From Pseudomonadota bacterium (GTDB lineage Bacteria > Pseudomonadota > Alphaproteobacteria > Rhizobiales > Xanthobacteraceae): DNA of 64,000 nt. Position numbers and translations under genes: made by a program. Positions 1-12,159 of the stretch are shown piece by piece. Position 1 is the first letter of the stretch. Every line of letters starts with the position of its first letter. The DNA lies in NCBI GenBank assembly GCA_040756765.1, contig JBFLYG010000032.1, positions 21,227 through 85,226 on the forward strand, read 5' to 3'. The notes beneath the pieces are model-generated. The model had not been told where the DNA came from and ran no database searches. It worked only from the letters and a program-made list of their open reading frames with translations.

Positions 1-809
1 AACAGCTGCTCGCCGTCGATCTTGTAGGCGGCGATGGTGGCCTGGCCGCCCTCGGAGATCAGCCAGTCCACGAAGGCCTGGCCCTCGGCGGCGCGGACCT
101 GCGGGTGTTTCGCCGGATTGACCAGCATCACGCCGTACTGGTTGAACAGCCGCCGGTCGCCCTGCACCAGGATGGTCAGCTCGCCCTTGTTCCTGAACGA
201 CAGCCACGTGCCGCGATCGGACAGCAGATAGGCGTTGGTCGCCGCCGCCATGTTGAGCGCAGGCCCCATGCCCTGGCCGATGTCGCGGTACCACGCGCCC
301 TTGATCGCGTCGATGTCGAGGCCGGCGTCTTGCCAGGTGCGCAGCTCAGCGGCGTGCGTGCCGGAGCGATCGCCGCGCGACACGAACGGGGCATGCGTCT
401 CGGCGATCCGCCGGAAGGCGGCAAGGACATCCTTGGAGCCTGCGATGCGCGCCGGATCGCTCTTCGGGCCGATGATGACGAAATCGTTGTACATCACATC
501 GAAGCGCCGGACGGCATAGCCTTCGGCGAGGAACTTCTCCTCGGCGGGCTTGTCGTGCACGAACACGACGTCGGCGTCGCCGCGGCGGCCGATGTCGAGG
601 GCCTGACCGGTACCGACCGCCACGACCTTGACGGCGATGCCGGTCGCGGCGGTGAAGCGCGGCAGCAGGAAGCCGAACAGGCCGGATTGCTCGGTCGAGG
701 TGGTGGAGGCAACCGTGATCGTGCGCGGCTGTGCCGTCGCATGGCCGCCGCAGAGCGACAGGACGACGAGGGTGGCAAGGAGTGCCGGAAACCGCAACGG
801 GCCGATCAT
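1..809 (-). CDS. ABC transporter periplasmic substrate-binding protein, tungstate/molybdate type (TupA/WtpA-like). Partial: C-terminus lies beyond the window start
   Basis: Hand translation of the reverse strand from the ATG at 809 gives an uninterrupted ~269-aa frame: MIGPLRFPALLATLVVLSLCGGHATAQPRTITVASTTSTEQSGLFGFLLP... It has a signal peptide and the TTSTxxSGL motif typical of TupA/WtpA-type binding proteins. The overlapping + ORF 105..1799 is antisense. Confidence 0.55.
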   Translation of the reverse strand, partial: MIGPLRFPALLATLVVLSLCGGHATAQPRTITVASTTSTEQSGLFGFLLPRFTAATGIAVKVVAVGTGQALDIGRRGDADVVFVHDKPAEEKFLAEGYAVRRFDVMYNDFVIIGPKSDPARIAGSKDVLAAFRRIAETHAPFVSRGDRSGTHAAELRTWQDAGLDIDAIKGAWYRDIGQGMGPALNMAAATNAYLLSDRGTWLSFRNKGELTILVQGDRRLFNQYGVMLVNPAKHPQVRAAEGQAFVDWLISEGGQATIAAYKIDGEQL

Positions 810-851
810 TCACCCTCCTCTACGACGAGCGGCGGGACGCCGCGCAACGGA

Positions 852-1784
852 TCACGGTGTATGCAGCACCTGTTTGCAGGCGGTGGGAAGGTCCGCCAGC
901 GTCAATGGCGGCTTGGGTTTCGGCGGCGTCGGCGGCGGCTTGGGATGCAGCACCGCGTCGCTGAACCAGTAATCGAGCTCATGGCCGCAGCCGTCGGTCG
1001 TTGCCGGCGGCTCCTGCGGGGTGCAATCCGGATTGCCTGGCGGGCACTTGATGCGGACATGAAAATGATAGTCGTGCCCGTACATCGGGCGCACCTTGGA
1101 GAGCCACGCGCGGTTGCCGCCGGCTTCACGGCACAGCGCCTTCTTGATGGCGGCATTGACGAAGATCCGCTCCACCTCCGGCTCCTCCGCCGCGGCGCGG
1201 ATCACCTGCAGGTGCTTCGGCGTCCACACCCTGGGATCGACATCGAGGCGGCTGGTCGCGACCATGTTGACGGCGGACATCTCCTCGCGCTCGTTGCGCG
1301 ACAGCATCCGGTTCGGCATCGGCGTCAGCCAGATGTCGGCATCGAGGCCGATCTGGTGGCTGGCGTGTCCGGTGATCATCGGGCCGCCGCGCGGCTGCGC
1401 CATGTCGCCCATCAGCAGGCCGGGCCAGCCTGCGGCCTTGTGGGCCTTCGCCGCCAGCCGTTCCAGCAGCGCGATCAGCTCCGGATGGCCCCAGTTGCGA
1501 TTGCGCGACAGGCGCATCACCTGCCAGGTCGGGCCGTTGATCGGGAGCGCTTCACCGCCTGCGAGACAGCCCTTGGCGTAGAAGCCGATGGCGCGCGGCG
1601 CGAGCGCCGCCGGTTGGGCCTTGCGGCCGAACAGGTCCTTTGCCGCGGTTGCCGGATCCTCCGGATGCGCGAGCGGCGGCAACGGCCGGGGATCGAGCGT
1701 GCCCTTGTCCTGGGCGAGCGCTCCCGGGGAGGCCGCGACAATGGCCGGCAGCAGGACGGCGAGGATCAGGCGGCGGATCGGCAT
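852..1784 (-). CDS. mepA: penicillin-insensitive murein endopeptidase (peptidase M74)
   Basis: 310-aa ORF with signal peptide. The conserved MepA core (HxxGLDxDIW, HDYHFHVR) is recognisable, followed by a proline-rich C-terminal tail. Confidence 0.85.
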   Translation of the reverse strand: MPIRRLILAVLLPAIVAASPGALAQDKGTLDPRPLPPLAHPEDPATAAKDLFGRKAQPAALAPRAIGFYAKGCLAGGEALPINGPTWQVMRLSRNRNWGHPELIALLERLAAKAHKAAGWPGLLMGDMAQPRGGPMITGHASHQIGLDADIWLTPMPNRMLSRNEREEMSAVNMVATSRLDVDPRVWTPKHLQVIRAAAEEPEVERIFVNAAIKKALCREAGGNRAWLSKVRPMYGHDYHFHVRIKCPPGNPDCTPQEPPATTDGCGHELDYWFSDAVLHPKPPPTPPKPKPPLTLADLPTACKQVLHTP

Positions 1785-2200
1785 GCGCGGACCTTATAGC
1801 TCAACTCGTGACGGTCCGCCTGTGTCGGGGGCGGCCTGGGGCGGCAGTGATCGGGGCGCCCATGACATTCGATCTCAACGCTTAATTAACCCTGAACATG
1901 AATGACGCCGCGTCAGATGGTGCGGCAATCGTTCTCACCGGCGGATCAGGGTGTGGGCGCGAATCGGCTCAACGGCTGCGTTGGTGCATCCCAAACGCAC
2001 CATGGCGCGCCATTTTGATCGAAAAATCGGCAGAAATCGCGTGGAAGACGAGTGTCCGCCCAGGAAGCGGGCAGCGGATCGCCGCGTCATGGCCGTAGTT
2101 CTACGGACTGGAGCGCGCTGCGTGCGGGCGCAAGATACCGTTTTTTCAGACACTTGACCGACAACACTCGCTCGCAGGATGCGAGTGCAGGGCGTCTGGA

Positions 2201-4432
2201 ATGCCGAAGAAGCGGCCGACAAACATCGGAAAGAAGAAAGCGAGCAAGCCGCTCCGCCGGCCGATGGCGCACCTGTCGCGACGGGCCGGGCCCCGGCTTG
2301 CCGCCGGTGTGCAAGCGCATGCGAGCTCCGCCGACGTCAGCCGGATTCGCGCGGAAGCGGACGCGGCGATCGCGGAAGCGCGCAAGGCGCACGAACGGCT
2401 GCGCGAAGCGATCGACATCCTGCCCGAGGGCATCGTGTTTCTCGATGCCGACGGCCGCTATATCCTCTGGAACAAGAAATACGCCGAAATCTATCGCCGC
2501 AGCGCCGACCTGTTCGAGACGGGCGTGCGGCTCGAGGACACGCTGCGTGTCGGCGTGCAGCGCGGCGACTATGTCGAGGCCGCGGGGCGCGAGGAGGAGT
2601 GGCTCGCCGACCGGCTGCAGAAGCTGCACCGGCCGGACGGGCGCCATGAGCAGGTTCTCGCCGACGGCCGTTGCATCCTGATCGAGGAGCGGATGACCAG
2701 TGACGGCGGCGTCATCGGTCTGCGCGTCGACATCACCGAGCTGAAGCAGCGCGAGGCCTCGTTTCGCCTGCTGTTCGAAGGCAACCCGGTGCCGATGATC
2801 GTGTGCGATCCGGCCGCCGGCCAGATTCTCAGCGTCAACGACGCCGCCGTTGCCCACTATGGCTACGGTCGCGCCGACTTCGAGAAGCTGACCATCCGCC
2901 ACATCCAGGCGTTCGAGGCGGAGTTGCCCTGGACCGGCGATCACAGCGCCGACGAGGCCACCGCCCGCACCTGGAAGCACGTCAAGGCCGACGGCACGCT
3001 GATCGATCTGGCGATCTATTCACGCCAGCTGATCTATGACGGCCGGCCTGTGGTGCTGCTCGCGCTGATGGACATCACCGAGCGCAAGCGCGCGGAGCAG
3101 CGCCTCAGCTTCGTGGCCCAGCATGACGGCCTGACCGGCCTGCCGAACCGCAACCTGCTGCGACAGAAGCTCGACGAGATCCTGGCCCGCACCCGCCGTT
3201 CCGGTGAAAAAGCCGCGCTGCTGTTCCTCGATCTCGACAACTTCAAGACCATCAACGACACGCTCGGCCATGACATCGGCGATGAATTGCTGCGCAGCGT
3301 CACCAAGCGGTTGCGGTCGTCGCTGCGCGAGGAGGATGCCGTGGCGCGGCTCGGCTCCGACGAGTTCGCGATCCTGCAGTCCCAGATCGGCCGGCCCGAG
3401 GACATCGTGCCGCTGGCCAAGCGTCTGCTCGACGTCGTCAGCCAGCCTTATCTGTTCAATGGCCATTCGGTGGTGATCGGCGCCAGCATCGGCATCGCGC
3501 TGGCGCCGGGCGACGGCGACGAATCCGAGAAGCTGCTCAAGAGCGCCGACATGGCGCTGTCGCGGGCCAAGCGCGAGGCGCGCGGCACCTACAGCTTCTT
3601 CGAGCCGGGCATGGACGCCAGCGCCCAGGCGCGGCGGCGGATCGAGACCGAGCTGCGCGGGGCGATCGAGAGCGGTGTGCTGCAGCCGTATTATCAGCCG
3701 CTGGTCGATCTCAAGAGCGGCCGCATCACCGGTTTCGAGGCGCTGGTGCGCTGGCCGCACCCCGAGCGCGGCATGGTGTCGCCGGGCGAGTTCATCCCGG
3801 TGGCCGAGGAAACGGGGCTCATCAACGCGGTCGGCTCGATCATGCTGCGGCGCGCCTGCATGGATGCGGCGACCTGGCCCGACGACGTCCGCGTGGCGGT
3901 GAACCTGTCGCCGCTTCAGTTCCGTGCGGGCAATCTTCTGTCGGTGGTGATGGACGCGCTCAAGCAGTCCGGCCTGTCGGCGCGGCGCCTCGAGCTCGAG
4001 ATCACCGAAACGCTGCTGCTGGAAAAAAGCGACGAGGTGATCGCCACCCTGCACGCCCTGCGGGCGCTCGGGGTGCGGATCTCGATGGACGATTTCGGCA
4101 CCGGCTACTCGTCGCTGAGCTACCTGCGCAGCTTCCCGTTCGACAAGATCAAGATCGATCAGTCGTTCGTGCGCGATCTCGGGGCCAACAGCGATGCGCA
4201 GGCGATCGTCCGCTCGATCATCAGCCTCGGCAAGGGGCTCGGCGTCACCATCACCGCCGAGGGCGTCGAGACCGAGGCGGAGCTGAGCTGCCTGCGGACG
4301 GAAGGGTGCGACGAAGGGCAGGGCTTCCTGTTCAGCCGGGCCCGGCCGAACGACGAGATCGTGCAGCTGCTGCAGGCGCAGCGCCTGGCGCGCGGCGACG
4401 AGACGACGCCTGAGGCCGTTCTGGTCGCCTGA
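2201..4432 (+). CDS. PAS-domain sensor with GGDEF (degenerate GSDEF) and EAL domains, cyclic-di-GMP phosphodiesterase-type
   Basis: 743 aa. Contains PAS-like segments, the GGDEF-family signature as RLGSDEF, and an EAL signature (FEALVRW...DDFGTGYSSL...KIDQSFV). Confidence 0.85.
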   Translation: MPKKRPTNIGKKKASKPLRRPMAHLSRRAGPRLAAGVQAHASSADVSRIRAEADAAIAEARKAHERLREAIDILPEGIVFLDADGRYILWNKKYAEIYRRSADLFETGVRLEDTLRVGVQRGDYVEAAGREEEWLADRLQKLHRPDGRHEQVLADGRCILIEERMTSDGGVIGLRVDITELKQREASFRLLFEGNPVPMIVCDPAAGQILSVNDAAVAHYGYGRADFEKLTIRHIQAFEAELPWTGDHSADEATARTWKHVKADGTLIDLAIYSRQLIYDGRPVVLLALMDITERKRAEQRLSFVAQHDGLTGLPNRNLLRQKLDEILARTRRSGEKAALLFLDLDNFKTINDTLGHDIGDELLRSVTKRLRSSLREEDAVARLGSDEFAILQSQIGRPEDIVPLAKRLLDVVSQPYLFNGHSVVIGASIGIALAPGDGDESEKLLKSADMALSRAKREARGTYSFFEPGMDASAQARRRIETELRGAIESGVLQPYYQPLVDLKSGRITGFEALVRWPHPERGMVSPGEFIPVAEETGLINAVGSIMLRRACMDAATWPDDVRVAVNLSPLQFRAGNLLSVVMDALKQSGLSARRLELEITETLLLEKSDEVIATLHALRALGVRISMDDFGTGYSSLSYLRSFPFDKIKIDQSFVRDLGANSDAQAIVRSIISLGKGLGVTITAEGVETEAELSCLRTEGCDEGQGFLFSRARPNDEIVQLLQAQRLARGDETTPEAVLVA

Positions 4433-4465
4433 TCGCGTGTCGCAGCGGAGCGCGGCGATCGCGCC

Positions 4466-6271
<1,806 letters not shown>

Positions 6272-6428
6272 TGCGGCGGGATAGCATTGGCGGTGTCCAG
6301 CGGCAACCGCCTTGCGGCCCGAATCCGGCCAGATTTCAGGCCTCCATAGCGTTCCCGTTGAGCCCGCGCCGCAATCCCGATTCCACCGCGCCGGAAAATG
6401 CTCTAGCTAACGTACCAAGGATGGCGCG

Positions 6429-8048
6429 ATGACGGACGTTCAATCGATCAAGGCCCTGCCGGCCCCGCGGGCACGGCGCGGGCGGGGACTGCGGTCGCTG
6501 GCGGCCCGGCTCGCGGTGTGGGCGACGGACGAACGGAGCGCGCCGGCCGTCGTGATCTGGTTCGCGGCGCTGCATGCGGCGCTGTGGACCGTGATTCTGA
6601 CGGCGCTGAAGGCCGCCCAGGACGTCCACATGGACGTCGCCGAGGCGTTTGCCTGGGGCCAGCAGTTCCTGCTCGGCTACGGCAAGCACCCGCCGCTGTC
6701 GGGATGGGTCGCGGGGCTCTGGTTCAGGGTTTTTCCGGTCACCGACTGGTCGAGCTATGCGCTGGCGATGGCGACGGTCGCCGTCGGCCTGGTGGTCTGC
6801 TGGCACATCGCCGTGCGCGTCGTCGATCGCCGCCGGGCGTTCCTCACCGTCCTGATGCTGGCGATCTACCCGATCTTCAACTTCAAGGGCTTCAAGTACA
6901 ACACCGACCTGCTGCAACTGGTGACGCTGCCGCTGATCGTCCTTACCTTCCTGCAGGCGTTCGAGCGGCGCAGCGTGCGCGCCGGGATCTGGCTCGGGCT
7001 CGCGGCCGCCGCCGGGGTGATGACGAAATACTGGGCCCTCACCGTGATCGGCGCGGCCGGGCTCGCGGTGCTGGCGCATCCGGACCGGATGCGGTTCATC
7101 CGCTCTCCGGCGCCCTGGACCGCCCTCGCGGTTCTGGTCGTTGGCCTTGCCCCGCACGTCTGGTGGCTGGTGCAGGTCGATTTCGCGCCCTTCACCTATG
7201 CCGGCGACGTCTACGAGCTGGCGTCCCGCAGCCGCGCGGCGCAGTTCGCGCTGCTCTATGTCGGGCACAACATCGCCCTGCTCGCGCCGGTGCTGCTTGC
7301 GGCCTGGGGGGCGCTGTTCTGGCAGCCGCTCAGCCAGCCGTGGTGGCGCTCGCTGATTCGCATGCCGCGGGCGTCGGCGGGCGTCGACGTCGCGCAGGCC
7401 CGCAATGTCTGGGTGATCCAGGGGATCATCGGCATCGTGCCGCCGGTCGCGGCGGTGGTGTTCGCGATCTACATCAAGACCGACTGGGGCATTCCGCTGT
7501 TCTTCCTGGTGCCGCTGGCGTGCCTTGCGATTCCGCGCCTGCGCGTGCAGCGCATTGCGATCGGCCGTCTGGCGCTGATCTGGCTGGCGATGACCCTGGT
7601 CGCGCTGATCGCCGCGCCGCTGATCGCGCAGAGCTCGGTCAAGCAGACCGCGGGCATCGGCTCGACCTCCACGCCGACGGCGCAGTTCGCCCAGCAGCTG
7701 ACCGACATCTGGCATGCGCGCTTCCGCTCGCACTGGGCCGTGGTCGCGGCCACCACCGAGGTCGGGCAGCCGATGGTGTTCTACAGCCCCGATCATCCGG
7801 CGCCGCTGACGCCCGGCGAGCTCTGGTCCTCAGGGCTGACCTCGCTCGACGAAGCCAAGCGTCTCGGCTTCATCGGCATCTGCGATCAGGGTGACTATCG
7901 CCTGGCGACCTGCGAGGCCTGGATGGCGCAGCATGCGGCCAATGCCGAGCAGCTCAACATCTCGGCGCGCCGCTTCTTCCGCGGGGTGTCCGGTCCGCTG
8001 GTGCGCTGGAAGGTCTATGTGGTGCCGCCGGCCGCGCTCGCGAAGTAG
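6429..8048 (+). CDS. membrane glycosyltransferase family 39 protein (ArnT/PMT-like)
   Basis: 539 aa, multi-pass membrane protein. The N-terminal region is of the ArnT/dolichyl-phosphate-mannose transferase type. Divergent from lepA. Confidence 0.7.
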   Translation: MTDVQSIKALPAPRARRGRGLRSLAARLAVWATDERSAPAVVIWFAALHAALWTVILTALKAAQDVHMDVAEAFAWGQQFLLGYGKHPPLSGWVAGLWFRVFPVTDWSSYALAMATVAVGLVVCWHIAVRVVDRRRAFLTVLMLAIYPIFNFKGFKYNTDLLQLVTLPLIVLTFLQAFERRSVRAGIWLGLAAAAGVMTKYWALTVIGAAGLAVLAHPDRMRFIRSPAPWTALAVLVVGLAPHVWWLVQVDFAPFTYAGDVYELASRSRAAQFALLYVGHNIALLAPVLLAAWGALFWQPLSQPWWRSLIRMPRASAGVDVAQARNVWVIQGIIGIVPPVAAVVFAIYIKTDWGIPLFFLVPLACLAIPRLRVQRIAIGRLALIWLAMTLVALIAAPLIAQSSVKQTAGIGSTSTPTAQFAQQLTDIWHARFRSHWAVVAATTEVGQPMVFYSPDHPAPLTPGELWSSGLTSLDEAKRLGFIGICDQGDYRLATCEAWMAQHAANAEQLNISARRFFRGVSGPLVRWKVYVVPPAALAK

Positions 8049-8077
8049 CGGGCGGCGTGCGCGCGGGCTGCGGCGCG

Positions 8078-8395
8078 CTACTCCTCTTCGCCGAACTTGT
8101 TGGTGACGAGCTTGGTGATGGCGTCGAGCGCGGTTTCCGCCTCGGGGCCCTTCGCGGAGATCAGGATCGTGGTGCCGATGCCGGCCGCCAGCATCATCAG
8201 CCCCATGATCGAGGTGCCGCCGACCGTCTCGCCATTGCGGGTGACGGTGATATCGGCGTCGAACTGCTCGACCATCTGCACGAACTTCGCGGAGGCGCGG
8301 GCGTGCAGGCCACGCTTGTTGGTGATGGGAACTTCGCGAACGAACACGCCGGGCAGCGTGGACAGGGCGTCGGGTTTGCCGTCGTTGTCCGCCAT
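8078..8395 (-). CDS. ptsH: phosphocarrier protein HPr
   Basis: Internal start MADNDGK... within track ORF 8078..8674. HPr fold sequence with the conserved His (TNKRGLHARASAKFV) and the regulatory Ser region (GTSIMGLMML). Confidence 0.85.
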   Translation of the reverse strand: MADNDGKPDALSTLPGVFVREVPITNKRGLHARASAKFVQMVEQFDADITVTRNGETVGGTSIMGLMMLAAGIGTTILISAKGPEAETALDAITKLVTNKFGEEE

Positions 8396-8400
8396 CGTCG

Positions 8401-8802
8401 TCACTTGCCGGCGAGCACGCGGCTGGCGATGGTGACGTATTTGCGGCCGGCCTCCTGGGCGGCGGCAATCGCGTCGGGCAGCGGCAGGTCGTCGCGGACC
8501 TTGGCGAGCTTCACCAGCATGGGAAGATTGATGCCGGCGAGCACCTCCACCTTGGGGCGGCTCATGCACGAGATCGCAAGGTTGGACGGCGTGCCACCGA
8601 ACATGTCGGTGAGAATGGCGACACCCTGGCCGGTGTCGACACGCTTCACCGCCTCGATAATGTCGCTGCGACACAAGTCGGCGTCATCTTCGGCGCCGAT
8701 CGTGATCGCCTCGATCTGTTTTTGAGGACCCATCACATGTTCAAGCGCGGCCCGAAACTCGTCGGCAAGGCGCCCGTGGGTCACTAGGACTAAACCAATC
8801 AT
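8401..8802 (-). CDS. manX: PTS EIIA component, mannose/fructose family
   Basis: Start MIGLVLVTHGRLADE... (M20 of ORF 8401..8859). EIIA-Man fold with the catalytic His in the VTHG motif. Confidence 0.8.
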   Translation of the reverse strand: MIGLVLVTHGRLADEFRAALEHVMGPQKQIEAITIGAEDDADLCRSDIIEAVKRVDTGQGVAILTDMFGGTPSNLAISCMSRPKVEVLAGINLPMLVKLAKVRDDLPLPDAIAAAQEAGRKYVTIASRVLAGK

Positions 8803-8935
8803 CGAAGACTCCTCGCGGGTGCATTGGTGCACCGCACGAAAGGGCCACATCTTGACCATCCAGAGCCCCGAGGCAAGGGGGGATGTTGACGCTATCCTGC
8901 GCCTCCGGGGCTGCCGAAGGGGCGGTGGATGCGGT

Positions 8936-9466
8936 CTATTCGGTGGCGATAGTGGGGCTTATATGGTTACCAAACTCCTTCCGGCAATCATGCGAAGGTC
9001 GAGGATCTGGTACGGAAGCGGGGGCCGTCAGCAGCGCTGCCACCACTAATGGAAGCGCGGCGAAGCCGCCGCTGACCGGGATTCTCGGTATCAAAATACC
9101 CTTTTCGCGGGTTTCGAGCGCTGCCGGCGGCGGCAGCCGCTCTGCGTCCGGCGCAGCCAGATCGACCACCAGCCCGACCGTGGCCTCGGGCACAAAGTCG
9201 CACCGGCGCACGCCGAGGCCGCGAATCTCGATCAGCCCGGCCAGCGCGGGCACGGGGCGGGCGATGAGGAGGCCATCCTGTTCCACGAGCAGCAGCCGGT
9301 CGTCGCCGACGAGCACCGTCGGCGGGATCTGTCCGGCGCGGCCGGCGATGATCAGGTCGAAGGCGAGGCGGGATTTCCCTGCGCCCGACGGGCCGCGAAT
9401 CAGGACGGCCCGGTCGCCGACCCGGACGGCGGAGGCGTGCACGCTCGGGTCCGCCGCCGGCGTCAT
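8936..9466 (-). CDS. hprK: HPr kinase/phosphorylase, short alphaproteobacterial form (C-terminal kinase domain only)
   Basis: 176 aa with P-loop GPSGAGKS. Its start overlaps the chvG stop (ATGA). Short HprK is typical of alphaproteobacteria. Confidence 0.8.
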   Translation of the reverse strand: MTPAADPSVHASAVRVGDRAVLIRGPSGAGKSRLAFDLIIAGRAGQIPPTVLVGDDRLLLVEQDGLLIARPVPALAGLIEIRGLGVRRCDFVPEATVGLVVDLAAPDAERLPPPAALETREKGILIPRIPVSGGFAALPLVVAALLTAPASVPDPRPSHDCRKEFGNHISPTIATE

Positions 9467-11406
9467 AGCGCCGGCAGCCTGACGACGAAGCGGGCGCCGG
9501 CAATCGGGATGTCGCCGCTGGCATTGGGCTTGCCCGCGCGGTTCTCGGCCCAGATCCGGCCGCCATGGGCCTCGACGATCTGCTTGGAAATCGACAGGCC
9601 GAGGCCGGAGTTCTGGCCGAAGCCCTGTTCGGGACGGTCGGTATAGAAGCGCTCGAAGATCTTCTCGAGCGCGCCGGGACGGATGCCGGGACCGTCGTCG
9701 TCGATGACGATCTCGACCTCGTTGTTCTTGATGCGGCGGCAGAGCACGCGCACGGAGCTGCCGGTCTTGGAGAACGACTGGGCATTCGACAACAGGTTGG
9801 ACACCACCTGCCCGAGCCGCGAATCGTGTCCGGGCACCGAGAACGAGTCCTGCGGATTGCCTTCGAAGCGCACCTGGACGCGGACATTGTTGCTGTGGCT
9901 GGTCTCGTTGGCGACCGTCGCCAGCGTGGTCAGCAGGCGGCGGATGTCGACGGGGGCGGCGTCCTGGCGCTGCAGCTCGGCGTCGAGGCGGCTGGCGTCG
10001 GAGATGTCGGAGATCAGGCGATCGAGCCGGCGCACGTCGTGCTCGATGACATGGAGCAGGCGGCTGCGGCTGGCGTCCGAGCGCGCCAGCGGCAGCGTCT
10101 CGACCGCCGAGCGCAGCGAGGTCAGCGGGTTCTTGAGCTCGTGGGAGACGTCGGCGGCGAAGCGCTCGATGCCCTCGATGCGGTTGTAGAGCGCTTCCGT
10201 CATGTCACGCAGCGCGCCGGAGAGATGGCCGATCTCGTCGCGGCGTCCGGTGAAGTCGGGAATTTCGACGCGGGTCTTGATGCGGCGGCGGACGCGTTCG
10301 GCGCTGTCGGCAAGCCGCCGCACCGGCCCTGCGATGGTGCTCGCCAGCAGCAGCGACAGCATGATCATGACCGCGGCGGCAAGGCCGAACACCTTGAGGA
10401 TCGCGAGGCGCTCGGCGGTCACCATCTGGTCGATGTCGTCGCCCTGGGTCGACAGCATCAGCGAGCCGTGCACGGCGCGGAAGCGCTGCACCGGCACCGC
10501 GACCGACACGATGACCTCGCCGCGGTCGTTGATCCGCACCATGCTGGCCTTCTGGCCGTTCAGCGCGTCGCCGACCTCGGAATAGCCGTTGCCGTTCTCC
10601 GGGCCGAGCTCGCGGTAGAGCGGCAGGTCGCCACGGTTGAGCCAGGTGCGCACGGCGATGGTGACGCGCTCGACGAGGCCCGGCTTGTCGCTCGAGGGCG
10701 GCGCAAGATCGAAGCGCAGCACGTCGCCGCGGCCGTACAGGCTGCGGCTGTCGAGCACCAGCACACCGTCGCGGTCATAGATCCGCGCCCGCGTCTTGGT
10801 CGGCGAGATCAGGCGGCGCAGCACCGGCGCCACGCGCTCGGGGTTGATCGGGAAATCGATGCCGGACAGCACGTCTTCCGACGGGCCGTAGGTCTCGCCG
10901 GGCTTGAGGTCGAGCAGCCGGTCGGGATCGACCGTGATGGTGTTGGTCTCGACGGTCGCGGACGCGGCGATGGCGCTGGCGATGATCTCGGCCTGCGTCA
11001 TCAGCGTCTGCGCGCGCGCATCGATCAGGCCGGCGCGGAACTGGGACAGGTAGAGAATGCTTGCGACCAGCGCGATCAGGCCGGCGAGGTTGAGCGAGAC
11101 GATGCGCCGCGTCAGGCTCGAGAAGCTGAGCGCGAAGACGTACTGACCGGCGCGGCGCAGCCAGCCGAGCGGGCGCTGCCAACCCGGGGCAGGCCTGGCT
11201 TCCGCGAGCTCTGCCGCGTCGGCTTCGGCCTCCTGGACCGGCGACAGCGTGTCGTCGTCCGTGTCCGGATCGCGGTCTTGAGCAGGGCGATCAAGCAATG
11301 GCAAACGGCCTGGTTGTTGCGCCGGTCCGACATGCGGACCCGGACGCCAGTTTATCCCAGAGCGCACGCAGGTCCAATCGGATCGGTGCGGGATCGGCTC
11401 TGACAA
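9463..11406 (-). CDS. chvG: two-component sensor histidine kinase ChvG/ExoS
   Basis: 647 aa with periplasmic loop, HAMP, HisKA (H-box SHELKNPLTS) and HATPase domains. Downstream of chvI. The start may be an internal Met. Confidence 0.85.
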   Translation of the reverse strand: MSEPIPHRSDWTCVRSGINWRPGPHVGPAQQPGRLPLLDRPAQDRDPDTDDDTLSPVQEAEADAAELAEARPAPGWQRPLGWLRRAGQYVFALSFSSLTRRIVSLNLAGLIALVASILYLSQFRAGLIDARAQTLMTQAEIIASAIAASATVETNTITVDPDRLLDLKPGETYGPSEDVLSGIDFPINPERVAPVLRRLISPTKTRARIYDRDGVLVLDSRSLYGRGDVLRFDLAPPSSDKPGLVERVTIAVRTWLNRGDLPLYRELGPENGNGYSEVGDALNGQKASMVRINDRGEVIVSVAVPVQRFRAVHGSLMLSTQGDDIDQMVTAERLAILKVFGLAAAVMIMLSLLLASTIAGPVRRLADSAERVRRRIKTRVEIPDFTGRRDEIGHLSGALRDMTEALYNRIEGIERFAADVSHELKNPLTSLRSAVETLPLARSDASRSRLLHVIEHDVRRLDRLISDISDASRLDAELQRQDAAPVDIRRLLTTLATVANETSHSNNVRVQVRFEGNPQDSFSVPGHDSRLGQVVSNLLSNAQSFSKTGSSVRVLCRRIKNNEVEIVIDDDGPGIRPGALEKIFERFYTDRPEQGFGQNSGLGLSISKQIVEAHGGRIWAENRAGKPNASGDIPIAGARFVVRLPAL

Positions 11407-11457
11407 CAGTCGCGGGCGGCGGCCGCCATCGGCAGTCCGCCGCCCGCAGGATCACGC

Positions 11458-12159
11458 TCAGGTTTCCTTGAAACGATAGCCGACGCCATACAGTGTCTCG
11501 ATCATCTCGAACTCGTCGTCGACCATCTTGAACTTCTTGCGCAGCCGCTTGATGTGGCTGTCGATGGTGCGATCGTCGACATAAACCTGGTCGTCATAGG
11601 CCGCGTCCATCAGCGCGTTGCGGCTCTTGACGACGCCGGGACGTGTGGCGAGGGCCTGCAGGATCAGAAACTCGGTGACGGTCAACGTCACCGGCTCGTT
11701 CTTCCAGGTGCAGGTGTGCCGCTCCGGATCCATCCGCAGCAGGCCGCGTTCCAGCGCCTTGGGATCGGCCTCCTTCGGGGCTGCGGTCGGGTCCTTGGGG
11801 ATCGAGCGGCGCAGGACGGCCTTGACGCGCTCCACCAGCAGGCGCTGGGAGAACGGCTTCCGGATGAAGTCGTCGGCACCCATCTTCAGGCCGAACAGCT
11901 CGTCGATCTCCTCGTCCTTGGAGGTCAGGAAGATCACCGGCAGATCGGATTTCTGGCGCAGCCGGCGCAGCGTCTCCATGCCGTCCATGCGCGGCATCTT
12001 GATGTCGAGAATGGCGAGGTCCGGCGGACTGGTCCGGAAACCATCGAGCGCCGAGGCGCCGTCGGTATAGGTCATGATCCGATAGCCCTCGGCCTCGAGC
12101 GCGATCGAAACGGATGTGAGAATGTTGCGGTCGTCGTCGACCAAGGCGATTGTGGGCAT
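11458..12159 (-). CDS. chvI: two-component response regulator ChvI (OmpR family)
   Basis: Start [10 protein letters not shown]... (internal to ORF 11458..12300). REC domain plus winged-helix C-terminus, highly conserved ChvI sequence. Confidence 0.9.
   Translation of the reverse strand: MPTIALVDDDRNILTSVSIALEAEGYRIMTYTDGASALDGFRTSPPDLAILDIKMPRMDGMETLRRLRQKSDLPVIFLTSKDEEIDELFGLKMGADDFIRKPFSQRLLVERVKAVLRRSIPKDPTAAPKEADPKALERGLLRMDPERHTCTWKNEPVTLTVTEFLILQALATRPGVVKSRNALMDAAYDDQVYVDDRTIDSHIKRLRKKFKMVDDEFEMIETLYGVGYRFKET

Noticed and set aside
105-1799. 564-aa + strand ORF spanning the start of the window
   Set aside because: Antisense to the TupA-like and mepA genes, with Arg/Ala/Gly-rich low-complexity translation typical of the wrong strand in high-GC DNA. 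Similar antisense artefacts were discarded at 4691..5773, 5295..6287, 6336..7796, 6518..7894, 9565..11403, 13414..14679, 14244..15215, 15414..16448, 15502..17133, 17375..18826, 19801..20802, 23108..25345, 26872..27951, 32646..33530, 33205..36510, 33290..36094, 37153..38532, 39816..41348, 42979..44328, 44937..45896, 46023..46967, 47573..49915, 50208..52025, 53696..55111, 55534..56928 and 62229..63890.
8803-8935. 133-bp gap between hprK and manX as a possible small RNA or internal promoter
   Set aside because: No convincing terminator or promoter motifs. More likely the hprK C-terminus/stop is as called and the gap is a normal intercistronic spacer.
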